Shown here piece after piece: positions 24,455-35,997 of a stretch of 64,000 bases of DNA. Position 1 is the stretch's first letter, and each line of letters starts with the position of its first letter. The translations under genes and the position numbers were made by a program. Below the pieces are notes generated by a model. That model had not been told where the DNA came from and made no database searches. It saw only the letters and a program-made list of their open reading frames with translations. Source of the stretch: Chiloscyllium plagiosum (taxonomy: Eukaryota); contig NC_057718.1 of NCBI RefSeq assembly GCF_004010195.1, forward strand, positions 88,699,728 through 88,763,727, written 5' to 3'.

Positions 24455-26417
24455 GTAGGTCTTAAATAAGTAAATGGTGTATTAATTTGTATTTGTGCAG
24501 TTACTATTAATATTGATTGTAGCTGTGAAGAAGTCCCAATATCAAGTTGTACAATATAATAATTTACTCATGATTCACTTGGGGCTGTAACCTTGGTTAT
24601 GATATTCGGTATCACATAAAAAACTGTTCTGTGTAGCTTGTTAAAGAAAGAAGTTTAAGCATTTCCTTGCTTTCATTTGGTGTCCAATGGGTGGCTTCAA
24701 AAATCTGTCCAATGTTAGCTTCTGAGTTTTGTTTTAATACAGGTTAATCTAAACAAAACCGCACTAACAGCAAGCCTGCAGAACAATGTAAATGTCACAA
24801 ATAGGAATGAAAAACAGCTGTACCTTCTGAGGTAACGTTTGAAGGGTAGGGATTATATTAGTGTTTCAGTATAAAATTGTTATTGTAGATCAAAAGGAGC
24901 AACCAACAGAATCTGTGATCTCTGTAGTTAGTTACTTCACTAGAATTCTTTAAGGAGTTAAAAAGCAGGATAGATAAAGGGGAAGCAGTAATGTAATATA
25001 GCTAAATTTTCAGAAGATATTTAGTAAGGTACTGCAGCTTAGGCTATTGAATAAGATAAGAGCACATGGTTGAGCAGGGGGTGGGTAACCTCACAATTTT
25101 CAAAACATACTTGGATGAATGCTTGAAGTGTCTTAACATTGAAGGCTATGGTAGTTGGAAGTGTGGTAAGTGGAACTGGTGTAGATAGTTCAGACTTGTG
25201 GCAGTACAGACTTGATAGGCCGAAGAGCCATCTTATGATTCTATGACTCTGTACTCCAGATGCAGTTGCATTAAAGCCCTGTATAACTGTGGCAACACTT
25301 CTTTCATACCTGATTTCCCTTTGCAAACAGGCCAATGTTCTATTTGCCTTCTGAACTTGGACTACTCACATGCTACCTCTTAACGATTCTGTAATAGGTA
25401 CCTAGATTCCACTGCAATGCAGCATTATGTATTTTCTTTCCATTTTAGGACTATTCTGCCTTTTTGTTCTAGTATATTAGCATGGATAGAAGATTAGTTA
25501 ATGAATAGAAGACAGAGTTGGAATAAGGGGGCATTTTCACTATGGCAACCTATAACAAGTGGAATGCCACAGGAATCAGGTCTCAATTTATTTACATTAT
25601 AAGTTAATGATTTAGGTGAGGAAAGTGAATATATTGTAGCCATGTTTGGGAATGACACAAATATAGGTGGGAAGACAAGTTGTGAGGATGGCACAAAGAG
25701 TCAACAGAGGAATGCAAAGAGGTTAAGTGAGTGGGCAAGAAATTGGCAGATGGAATTCAATGTGAGAAAATGTGAGGTTATGCACTTTGGCAGCAAGAAT
25801 AGAGGAAGTGAATATTGTTTAAACTCAGAAAGGCTGAAGAAAGCTATAAAACAAGAGGGGTTTGGAGGCCCTCATCCATGAATCACAAAAAGCTAGCTTC
25901 CAACTACGTTGTGTAACAGGGAAGGCAAATGGCATGTTGGCCTTTATTTCAAAGTGAATGGAGTATACAAGTAAGTTTTATTAAAGCTATACACGGCACT
26001 AGTCAAACCACAGTTTAAATACACTGAACAGTTTTGTGTCCCTTATCCAAAGAAAGATATACTGGCTTTGGAGGTAGTCCGGAGATGGTTTATAGGCTGA
26101 TACCAGGTGTAGAGGGATTGACTTAGGAAGAAAGGTTGAGTAGGTTGAGCCTGTACTCATTGGAATTTAGAAGAATGATTTATTCGAACATACAAGATTT
26201 TTAGGGGTCTCAACAGGGTAGATACAGAAAGGTTGTTTCCCCTTCTGGGAGAGTCTAGGACTAGAGAGCATAATCTCAGAATAAGCAGTCACACATTTAA
26301 GATAGAGATGAGGAGCAATTTCTTCTTTCTGAGGAGATCTGTGGAGTTCTTTACTGCAGAGGGCTGTCGAGGCTGAGCCATTAGTATATTCAAAGATGCG
26401 ATAGACAGATTTTAATC

Positions 26418-26906
26418 CGAGCGAGTTTTGAGAAGAGTTTAGCTCAGGTTGAGGTTCTGGTTGTAGGTTTGCTTGCTGAGCTGGAAGATTTGTTTTCAGA
26501 CGTTTTGTCACCATTCTAGGTACATATTAGATTAGATTCCCTACAGTGCAGAAACAGGCCCTTCGGCCCAACAAGTCCACACCGACCCTCCGAACAGTAA
26601 CCCACCCAGACCCATTCACCTACTCCCTACTAATGCACCTATCACTATGCGCAATTTAGCATGGCCAATTCACCTGACCTGCACATCTTTGGACTGTGGT
26701 ATGAAACCGGAGCACCCGGAGAAACCCACGCAGACTGTGCAAACTCAACGCAGACAGTCGCCCGAGGTTGGAATCGAACCCAGGGCCCTGGCGTTGCAAG
26801 GCAACAGTGCTAACTACTGAGCCACTGTGCTGCCCCAGTGTTACCTAGTATAGTGACGAAACATTTGAAAACAAACCTTCCAGCTCAGTGAGCAAACCTA
26901 CATCCA
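26418..26906. mobile_element. Penelope-like family A palindrome with TSD, split by an HE1 SINE
   Basis: Arms at about 26418-26522 and 26839-26906. GATTTTAATC occurs at 26408-26417 and 26907-26916. Confidence 0.85.
26526..26836 (-). mobile_element. HE1-type SINE
   Basis: Reverse complement of the 23479-23791 family. Confidence 0.9.
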
Positions 26907-27989
26907 GATTTTAATCTGTAAATAGAAATGAGGGATATAGGGAAAAGAAAGGAAATGGAATTGGGTTTTATCAGATCAGCCGTGATCTTATTGAATTGCA
27001 GAGAAATGATGGACTGAATGATTACTTCTGCTCCTATGACTTCTAATTTCAATCAACTTGTTGACTATGACTCTTACTTGAATCTGTCCTTACTTTTGAG
27101 CTCACAGTATTTGTCAAGACTGCTATAAGCAGATCAAAAAACTAAAAATTATCAGCAGTGCAGAAAAGGATGGAATGTGCTAACTTGCATCAAATAAAAT
27201 ACTTAAAATTATAAAAAAATTCTAGCTTCTAGGTTGTTTAAAATGGAGAAGTTATTTATGCACAGCACGAACAATTATTTTGTTTTGTAATTTGGAGAGC
27301 TACATGGAAACTTAAAAAAAAATGCTTTACTCTGACTTCCATTCAAAATCAATAACTTGTGTATCTATTTTCTAAAAAGAAGCTGAATGAATAGCACACT
27401 ATTACAAATAGGATTCAAGTTTTGTTAACAAAATAATTAAATGCCCTGAGGAACTTTGACTTTACGACCTGGTATCAGTGCATTTAGTACAGCCTTGATG
27501 TTTAACTCGATATTCCCGTTGATTTATGTGTATCTCAAGTTGCTGATACAATTGGAATTTGGCTGAAAAAATTCAAATTGAGAAACTGCTAAATTATCAA
27601 AAACAAAACCCAGAACTACTGATTTACTTGAGTTTCTATTTGGTATTATGTGATACACCAGCTACATATTAGTCATACTTCTAGGGAATGCTTTGATTCT
27701 TGTATCAAGGAGCGATGTTATCTGTAGGGGCAGGGGCAAGGTTTTAACCAAAATCGAACTGCATTGGAATTTTTTTTCAAAAAGTATTGAGTGGGTGGGA
27801 TCTCTGTTTGTAGTTCTAACAGTTTAGATGTCAATATTCACGTATATCTGAGGTGTGGGCATGGCAGTAATGCTGCATTGTTAAAAATATACTTTAACCA
27901 TTTCTTACTGCAATGTTCAAAAGGTTGCAGATTTTGTTACATTCTGTCAACTACTTTTGTTAAAAAAAAGGACTGTTTGTTGAAGGTTT

Positions 27990-29600
27990 TAAATCACGCT
28001 CAGGACAGTTTGAAAGAAATACCAATGTATAGGGAAGCCAATACTCTGAGAGGTGATTACTCATTCATAGACTCTGGACTCTTGATTGGTGAGGTGTTTT
28101 CATAGAAAATGAAGCAGTTAGACGATGACTAAAGGTTAACTGCCAAGTTTTCGTTAAATTTTAAACCAGAAACTCAACTGGACTCACCACATAAACACAG
28201 TGGATTCAAGAGAAGGTCAAAGGCTAGACATACTGCGATGAGTAACTCACCTCCTGGTTTCTCAGTGCCTGTCCACTATCTACAAGGTACAGATCAGTAT
28301 TGGATGGAATACTCCCCATTTTCCTGGATGGGTGCAGCGCCAACAACACTCAAGAAGCTTGACACCATCCAAGATAAAGCAGCCCGCTTGATTGGCACTA
28401 CATCCACTCCCTCTACAATTGATGCTCACTAACAGCAGTGTGACCTGCTTAAAAGATGCACTGCCAAAATTCGCCAAAAGACCCTCAAACAGCACCTTTC
28501 AAACCTATGACCACTTCCAGCTCAAAGGACAAGGGCAGCAGACACATGGGAACACCACTACCTTCATGTTCCCTTCCAAGCCACTCATCATACTGATGTG
28601 GAAATATGTTGCCGTTCGTTCAGTGTCACTGGGTCAAAGCCCTGGAATTCCCTCCCTAATAGCATTGTGGTTCAACCCAGAGCTGGTGAACTGCAGCAGT
28701 TCAAGAGGGCCGCTCACCACCACTTTTCCAAGGGCAACCAGGTGCAGGGAATAAGTACTGATCAGCCAGCGATGCCCACATCTCACAAATGAATATTAAG
28801 AAATAAAACAGGCTGATTCACTGATTGTTGATGGCATTACCCTGAGAAATTAACCAGAGGGTGTCACCTAATTTTGTTGAATTGAATCAGGCACAATTCT
28901 AAATTGACTGTCAATGTATTTTTTGCACACTCTGGACTACATTTGCTCCAGCATTCTATTGTGGAATCATAACTAATTTGAGTTTTGCAAGCCAAACGGA
29001 TTGGGTATGGTCAGTTGCACAGCCAAGTTGACAGGTGGTTTGCTATCATCTGCCGGTCTTTGGAACATACAGCCTACAAAACTAGCATCATGCTGGCACT
29101 GAAACTAAATTACCACATTACACATTTGTACAATAGACAGAACACCTTTTTGCTTGACAGCACCATCTTGTTAGTGACGAATAGCACGTCATAGTAGTAG
29201 TGCAAAATAGCTAAGTTCGCCTCTTGCTCAAATCAGGAAGCTACATATTGATAAACCAGGCTCTGTTCTTTGTGGGCAGAAAGAGCATGTACACACATAA
29301 CACCTGTTTCATCTCATCAAAACAGATGACAGTTATTCAATGGTTAATTTCTGAGGTTGTTACCTCTTCAAATCAATGACTATCTCCTGGTTTAAAATTT
29401 AAACAAGGTTTGGCAGTTAACTGTCAGTCATCATCTAACTGCTTCATTCTCCATGAAAACACCTCACCAGAGTCCAGAGTGAAATGTTGTTTTCCTTTTG
29501 TACTGGTATTTCTCATGGTAAGTGCAAGATGAAAAGCTTCTGCAAAATGTATCTTCTTTTATCAATACATACATTCTCTGCAACCAAATGACTGCTCACT
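27990..29600. mobile_element. Old Penelope-like family D inverted-repeat element with a LINE 3' fragment (about 28175-28800) inserted
   Basis: 28072-28168 is the reverse complement of 29388-29480. The minus-strand centre reads CNVVI*FQCQHDASFVGCMFQR, a decayed VVY...YVG.T GIY-YIG motif. Confidence 0.65.
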
Positions 29601-29813
29601 TTTGTTAAACTGCACAATATTAAATCGAGAATTACTTCAAACTGAATGTCTTTCTTGATTAGTTTCTAATTGTTTAATCTGGGCAGGGCGAAGCCATTTC
29701 TTATTGTGGGAAATAAGGTTTCTGGATTCAGTCTTGACACTATCAACATTTTAATTTCTTCTATTGTGAGAAGATAATCTTAATTGCTTATTCAATGTTT
29801 TTGGTAAATCTAG

Positions 29814-30590
29814 GTTGCACTGTGGGGAAACAAATGTGACCTTTCTATTTCTGCTGGCCAGGACAACTCTCAGATGTTCAATCCTTTAGCCACTCTGGAA
29901 TCTTTGAAGCCTTTCATCCTGGTAGATGATTTTGAATGTATTTGGGAACTCCTCATTAATAATAAGAAAAATAAAACATCAGAAACAACGTGCACCCGCA
30001 TAGATATTGTCCTTGACAATTCTGGATTTGAGCTGGTAACTGATTTGGTACTGGCAGATTTTCTCATAACCTCTCAACTGGCTGACGTGATTCACTTTCA
30101 TGGCAAAAGCATACCTTGGTTTGTTTCTGATGCGACCAAGAAAGATTTTGATTGGACGTTAAAGAAGATGAAGGAAGCCAATCACATGCAGATGTCCACG
30201 TGTGGTATGATGTGGGAAAAGAATGTGAAGCAAGGAATTTGGATTTATCATGATCACCTTTTCTGGACCGGCCCTCATGAGTTTTGTGACATGTCTGTTG
30301 TTGCGCATGATTTATATATTGAATTACAGAAATCAAATCTGATCTTTTTTAAAGGAGACCTGAACTATAGGAAACTAACTGGAGACAGAAAATGGAACTA
30401 TACGGTTTCTTTTGACACAGCCTTGCGTGGCTTTCAACCCGCAGCACTTTGTAGCTTAAGAACACTGAAAGCTGATATTCAGGTTGGCTTAAAACCAGGG
30501 CAAGGTGAGCAACTGGACGTCTCTGATTCTGAATGGATGACCAGCGGACGCTATGGTGTCATTCAGTTCAGTGGTGCTTATCAAAAATGA
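29814..30590 (+). CDS. ARMT1: ARMT1 exon 5 (last coding exon); spliced CDS is 1359 nt, 452 aa
   Basis: aaatctag|GTT GCA CTG TGG GGA AAC. Contains LWGNKCDLS, IVLDNSGFELVTDL, PWFVSD, FKGDLNYRKL and RTLKA; stop TGA at 30588-30590. Exon lengths 68+106+242+166+777 keep the frame. Confidence 0.97.
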   Translation, partial: VALWGNKCDLSISAGQDNSQMFNPLATLESLKPFILVDDFECIWELLINNKKNKTSETTCTRIDIVLDNSGFELVTDLVLADFLITSQLADVIHFHGKSIPWFVSDATKKDFDWTLKKMKEANHMQMSTCGMMWEKNVKQGIWIYHDHLFWTGPHEFCDMSVVAHDLYIELQKSNLIFFKGDLNYRKLTGDRKWNYTVSFDTALRGFQPAALCSLRTLKADIQVGLKPGQGEQLDVSDSEWMTSGRYGVIQFSGAYQK

Positions 30591-33500
30591 TACTTACAAA
30601 TCTACCTGTATGGTGTATCAGCCAGTCTGGCTGATCATGGGGCTGCTCTGTAACAGTTAGCATGCTTCTTTATTGTTTACAGAATACATACTGATCTTAA
30701 AGCAAGTTATGGTTTAAGATATTTATTTAAATTTTTTGAGGGAAAGTTTTTCGGAATGTTCTTTTAAAAATCTATGAGAACATTAATCTCACAGAAAACA
30801 AACTGTCTTGATGTGAAATACTCCCCTAATGTTAAATTATAAAATTAACAATGTCAGTTCATTCTTGATTAAAATGTTTCTAGTATTGACTTACCATATG
30901 CTGATTCCAGTTCAAACAGTGTTTTTGAACTCTTATCAGATTCAGTAACAAAGAAACAAGCAAGAATTTAAGTGAAATATATACAGGTTTTCTTCTATGT
31001 AAACTGCTAAATAACTGAGAAAGATGTATCACCATTCATACCAGTCTTAACATTGAATGTTTAGATTAAAGAATGGATGTTGTATCTGACTATGGGTTGT
31101 TTTAACCTTTTTGGCCTTCCAGTGAACTGATGATCTCTTTTACACTCTTCACTATGTTCAATGGAAAGTCAAAGTAAAACAGGCAAAATGTGTAAAATGG
31201 GTCCCTGATCAAGTTACTTACTGGATGAGTACGGTTAAAATTATTCTTAGTCACACACTGCTTATAGTAAGTTAGACGTTTGAGAATCATTTGGATTATT
31301 GATCATGTATTAAATTTATTGGGATGCTTATTTAAATGAAACAGTAGCTTAACCATCATTATAAAAATTGCTTTTGATCAAATTGTTCCGACATGTTATG
31401 CTCACCTTCATGGCAGATGGGACTTGAACCCAAACCTGCTGGCCCAAGGTAAGGACGCTAGCTTTTGGATTTAGATTCCACTAGTTGCCATGATGGGATT
31501 TGAACACCTGATACCAGAGCCTTAATCTGGGCCTATAAATTGCTAGTCCAACAGCATTGCCACTGACTTCATTTCTCCAAAATTATTTTTAATTGGCCTG
31601 TTTTGACATATAATGACAGGCATGCAAAGCGGGTAGAATATGAACCTGGACTTTCTTACACAGAGGTACAGATACTAGTACTGAATAAAAAGAACCCACA
31701 GCAAATTCACTGAAGCAGTTGATCACTTGATAATGTATGATGCATGCTATTGCAGATTTGTCATACATCTAATCTACGCAACTAGCTAAGGATGGAATTA
31801 CTTCTGTTCTTACCCCCTTAACGTTGCAGTATGATGTAAATTGCTGATTTTTAAAATAAACTTTGGCAAGTTCATTAATCTTCTTATCTACTTAAAAAAA
31901 CTATTAAGATAATACACATTAAAAAAACTCTAGTCCTGGAAGAATTATCAAAATAAACCAAAAACAGGCTGCTCCATCTTAAAATACCTTTTTTTCACAC
32001 ATAGGTTTGCCGCTGTTACATTAGCCCTATACTTATCACCTATTCTTTTCCCTGTGCATGGATTCTTTCATCTGCGCACTTGTGCATCTGCTCAAGGAGT
32101 TTGGATATTGTGACTGTTAAATTATTCAAAATGACTTTCAATTCTTCACTGATAAAAGGGTAAAAGGGTTTCATGCTTAGTCTAGACAGCTTTCAACCCC
32201 ATAAAACTGTACCTACAAGCTTGATCTTCCTTGTATGCTGTATGCCCTGATCAAACAAGCTTGTATTTTTGCTTCGTAATGTATTCTAAAGAAAATTCCA
32301 TCACCTCTTGAGATTTAGCCATCGTTCATATGTTTAAAGTATGCTGTTTATTTCCAAAGTAAAGATTTTATTGTTATTTGTGTGCTATCATCCTTGAATT
32401 ATAACTTTAAAGCACGCAGATCTTAATTTGTAAATTGTATTCATTCATTATTTCTCTCAGTCTTTCAGTACATCCAATGTTTTGTTCACTGCTGTCATTG
32501 AACATGATTCTTAAATCACTGGCTATCCTTTTGGTGCATTAGACAGATTATTGATCTGGATTTCAGATGTTGCAGTCAGCGGCAATGACTGCACTGCTAT
32601 TGACCTCAGATGTTTGCCCATAACCTTTCTCTAGTGTGGAATTCCCCTTTCCTGACATGGCTTTAAATCTGATGAACCTTTCCCTGAAATCCAGTTTCCC
32701 TGTTTATTCACTCTCTGTACCCCTCTCTTTTTAGAGCCCTTTGTCTTTCTGTTTTGCCCCTCGGGTGAATGGTTAACTTTATTCCTTCTTTTATTTTCTT
32801 GCCCACTTGTGACCTGGCCATATCACTTTGCAACCTCTGTCTATATATTGTCAAGCCCCCAGATAGTTGGAGTTAATATCAGAGGGGGTTTTTGATTTGT
32901 TAAGTGAAGAGATTACAAGTGAATTTGCAACAAAGCACTAAACACTCAAAACCAACTCCACAGGGCAAGATATGACATTTGTATGCTTGACGCCAGACTA
33001 CTGAAGTAACTATTCTATACTGAATTCTGCCCGGAAGACAACGGAGAAGATTTGGGAAGATTTGAGAACATGCATCCCCACCAACTCGTGGATTCCCTGG
33101 CTTATGACAGAACAAAACCAATTTATTTAGGAAGACACCAAAAAATTGTCAATGATATGCAGAAATGATGTTGAAGTGTTGGAGAAAGCACACAAACCTC
33201 CAATCAACTCATCTACCTGACCCTTCAAGCATCATCTGCCCTAAATATAGCACAATTTGCAGATTGTGCTTTGGATTTATCTCTTCAAACCAGAGTAGAA
33301 GGAAATATTCTCAGTCATGAGAAAGAATGCTCTAAAAAGAGCAAGAATGGGCAAAACTCCAGCAGACAGATTTTAATGTGGAAAAGTGTGAGGTCATCCA
33401 CTTTGGAACTAAAAGATAATGTTTAAATGTTGTCTAGGCAGAAACAGCGGAAGTCCAAAGAATCGTGAGGATACTCTCTGGGAGTGCAGAATAAATTAAC

Positions 33501-34262
33501 CAGAATGAAATCTGGACTTCAAGGGCCCCTGAACCTTAGTAGGTTAGGAGCTGATTTGATTGAAATTTTAACGTTTTGAGGGGAACTGATTGAGTAGATA
33601 GAGAAACTATTTCTGTTGATTAGAAAGTCAAAATCTTGGGGGAGTAAACTAAAGGTTCGAGCCAGACCTTTTAGGATTATATTAGGATTCCCTTCTACAT
33701 ACACACTAGTGTTAGTAGTCATAGTAGTTTGGAACTGTGCAACCTTTGGCAGTTGAGGCCATGTCAGTTGTTGATTTTAGTTCTAAGATTAATAGATTTT
33801 TGTTAACCAAGATATCAAGAAACATAGTACAAAAACCTATGGATTGAGTTAGATCCCTGGTCAGTCTTAATCTAACTGAATGGCAGAACAGGCCGACATC
33901 TTCCCTTATATCTCTATGTTCCCAGCTGACAAAGTAATATACACGGTAGCCAGCAGACTGGAGTGAATTATTTCTTTTTACCCATTGTGTAACTGAACAT
34001 GGTCTGCTTCATAGCAGCCACGCACATTAATATGGCATGTTAGCATGTCAGCTTAAACATTCCTCAGGCATGAGCAACACAGACACTGAAACGTTCCCTG
34101 TACTTTGTTTAATCAAATAAGGAATGGCTGGGGTGGGGTGGAAAAATTCCTTCTACATTCTCTTTTGGCTGCTTCTATCATTCTGAGTCCACTGATCCAT
34201 CTCTGTCATTAAAGATAGGAATAAAAGTGTAGTTCTCATGATCTCTTGAGCTTTTCCACTTT

Positions 34263-34662
34263 TAGCGAGTTTTGAGAAGATTTGTAGCTCAGATTGAGGT
34301 TCTCGATGTAGGTTTGCTCACTGAGCTGGAAGGTTCGTTTTCAGACATTTCGTCACCATACTAGGTAACATCTTCATTGAGCCTCTGACTGAAGTAATGG
34401 TGGTATAGTCCGCTTTCTATTTATATATTTGAGTTGCCTAGGGTTGGTGATGTCATTTCCTGTGGTGATGTTATTTCCTGTTCTTTTTCTCAGTAAATGA
34501 TGTCACCACAGGAAATGACATCACCAACTCTGGGAAACTCAAATATATAAATAGAAAGCGGGCTACACCACCAGTGCTTCATTCAGGGGGTCACAGAAGA
34601 TGTTACCTAGTATGGTAACGAAACGTCTGAAAACAAACCTTCCAGCTCAGTGAGCAAACCAA
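34263..34662. mobile_element. Penelope-like family A palindrome
   Basis: Arms inverted about ~34495. Both hammerhead cores carry a point change (ATGAAGA and CAGAAGA). No clear TSD. Confidence 0.85.
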
Positions 34663-34769
34663 CTGGATGGGATTAGGACTGCCAACTAGAGCTAGACATA
34701 CCCCTGGAAACATTGGCAGAGGTGATGTCACAGAAAACCAAGCGACATATTACAAGTGGGTCAGAAATA

Positions 34770-35422
34770 CAAGTGGTCCTCACCTACCACCCCACCAATC
34801 TCCATGTACAGCGCATCATCCGCCGTCATTTCCACCACCTCCAAACGGACCCCACCACCAAGGATATATTTCCCTCTCCTCCCCTATCAGCATTCCGTAA
34901 AGACCACTCCCTCCATGACTCCCTCGTCAGATCCACACCCCCCACCAACCCAACCTCCACTCCCGGCACCTTCCCCTGCAACCGCAGGAGGTGCAAGACT
35001 TGCGCCCACACCTCCCCCCTCACCTCCCTCCAAGGCCCCAAAGGAAACTCCCATACCCGCCACAGATTCACCTGCACCTCCACACAATCATCTATTGCAT
35101 CCTCTGCACCCGATATGGCCTCCTCTATATTGGGGAGACAGGCCGGCTACTTGCGGAGCCTTTCAGAGAACACCTCTGGGATCTGACCTATCACCCTCAC
35201 CTTCACCTCTTTCTACCTATCACATTTCCGACGCCCCTCCCCCAAGTCCCTCCTCCCTACCTTTTATCTTAGCCTGCTGGACAAACTTTCCTCATTCCTG
35301 AAGAAGGGCTTATGCCCGAAACGTCGATTCTCCTGTTCCCTGGATGCTGTCTGACCTGCTGCGCTTTTCCAGCAACACATTTTCTGCTCTGATCTCCAGC
35401 ATCTGCAGACCTCACTTTCTCC
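34770..35422 (+). mobile_element. Penelope-like family B, 3' ORF fragment (GIY-YIG) plus terminal repeat
   Basis: PGTFPCNRRRCKTC and IIYCILCTRYGLLYIGETGRLLAEPFREHL. Terminal repeat contains a hammerhead core. Possible TSD TCAGAAATA (34761-34769 and 35423-35431). Confidence 0.85.
35295..35328 (+). ncRNA. Minimal type I hammerhead ribozyme motif
   Basis: CTGAAGA-A-GGGC-TTAT-GCCC-GAAA-CGTC at 35298-35325. Confidence 0.7.
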
Positions 35423-35550
35423 TCAGAAATATTTGGCAAGGTAAATATTAGAGATCAATAATAATGAGAAGCAACTGAAGAAAACTGATAACCAAACCAC
35501 ACCAAATTTAATTAGATCTTCAGGTTACTGTAAGCAACTATGCAAAGTAT

Positions 35551-35746
35551 AAAGTTAAAAATCACACAACACCAGGTTATAATCCAACAGGTTTAATTGG
35601 AAGCACTAGCTTTCAGACCGTCCATCTGAAGAAGGAGCAGCACACCGAAAGTTAGTGTTTCCAAATAAACCTGTTGGTCTATAACCTGGTGTTGTGCAAT
35701 TTTTAACTTTATCCACCCTGGTTCAATACTGGCTCCTCCACATCAT
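35551..35746. mobile_element. Penelope-like family C mini-palindrome with degenerate hammerhead
   Basis: aaagttaaaaatcacacaacaccaggttata is inverted at 35680-35710, with a ~35-nt tail beyond it. CTGAAGA-A-GGAGC...CC-GAAA at 35626. Imperfect 12-bp TSD. Confidence 0.7.
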
Positions 35747-35997
35747 ACAAAATATAGTAACACATCTCTGGCTGTCTCTCCTCCTCCTCCTCCCCAGCCC
35801 CTCATCACCCAACTAGATTTAAAAACTTGTCGAGATCAGAAATTTGTTTTTTAAAAACTTCATTCACAGTGTGCAGGCTTCCAAACTGTGATCTGAAAAC
35901 GATGGGGAAATAGAAATATCTGAGGGGAAAATACAATTATTTTACTATTTTAGCAAAGGAGGTGCCATAAAGGTTATTGCTTTATAATTCCAGCCTT

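Larger units (their letters stand above)
24940..27040 (+). mobile_element. CR1-like LINE interrupted by a 400-bp local duplication, a Penelope-like palindrome and a SINE
   Basis: MFGNDTNIGG...WARNWQMEFNVRKCEVMHFG ORF at 25642. The 3' end resumes after 26907. Confidence 0.75.

Noticed and set aside
32960-33300. Possible RTE-like LINE 3' remnant (DARLLK*LFYTE)
   Set aside because: Too short and decayed to call.
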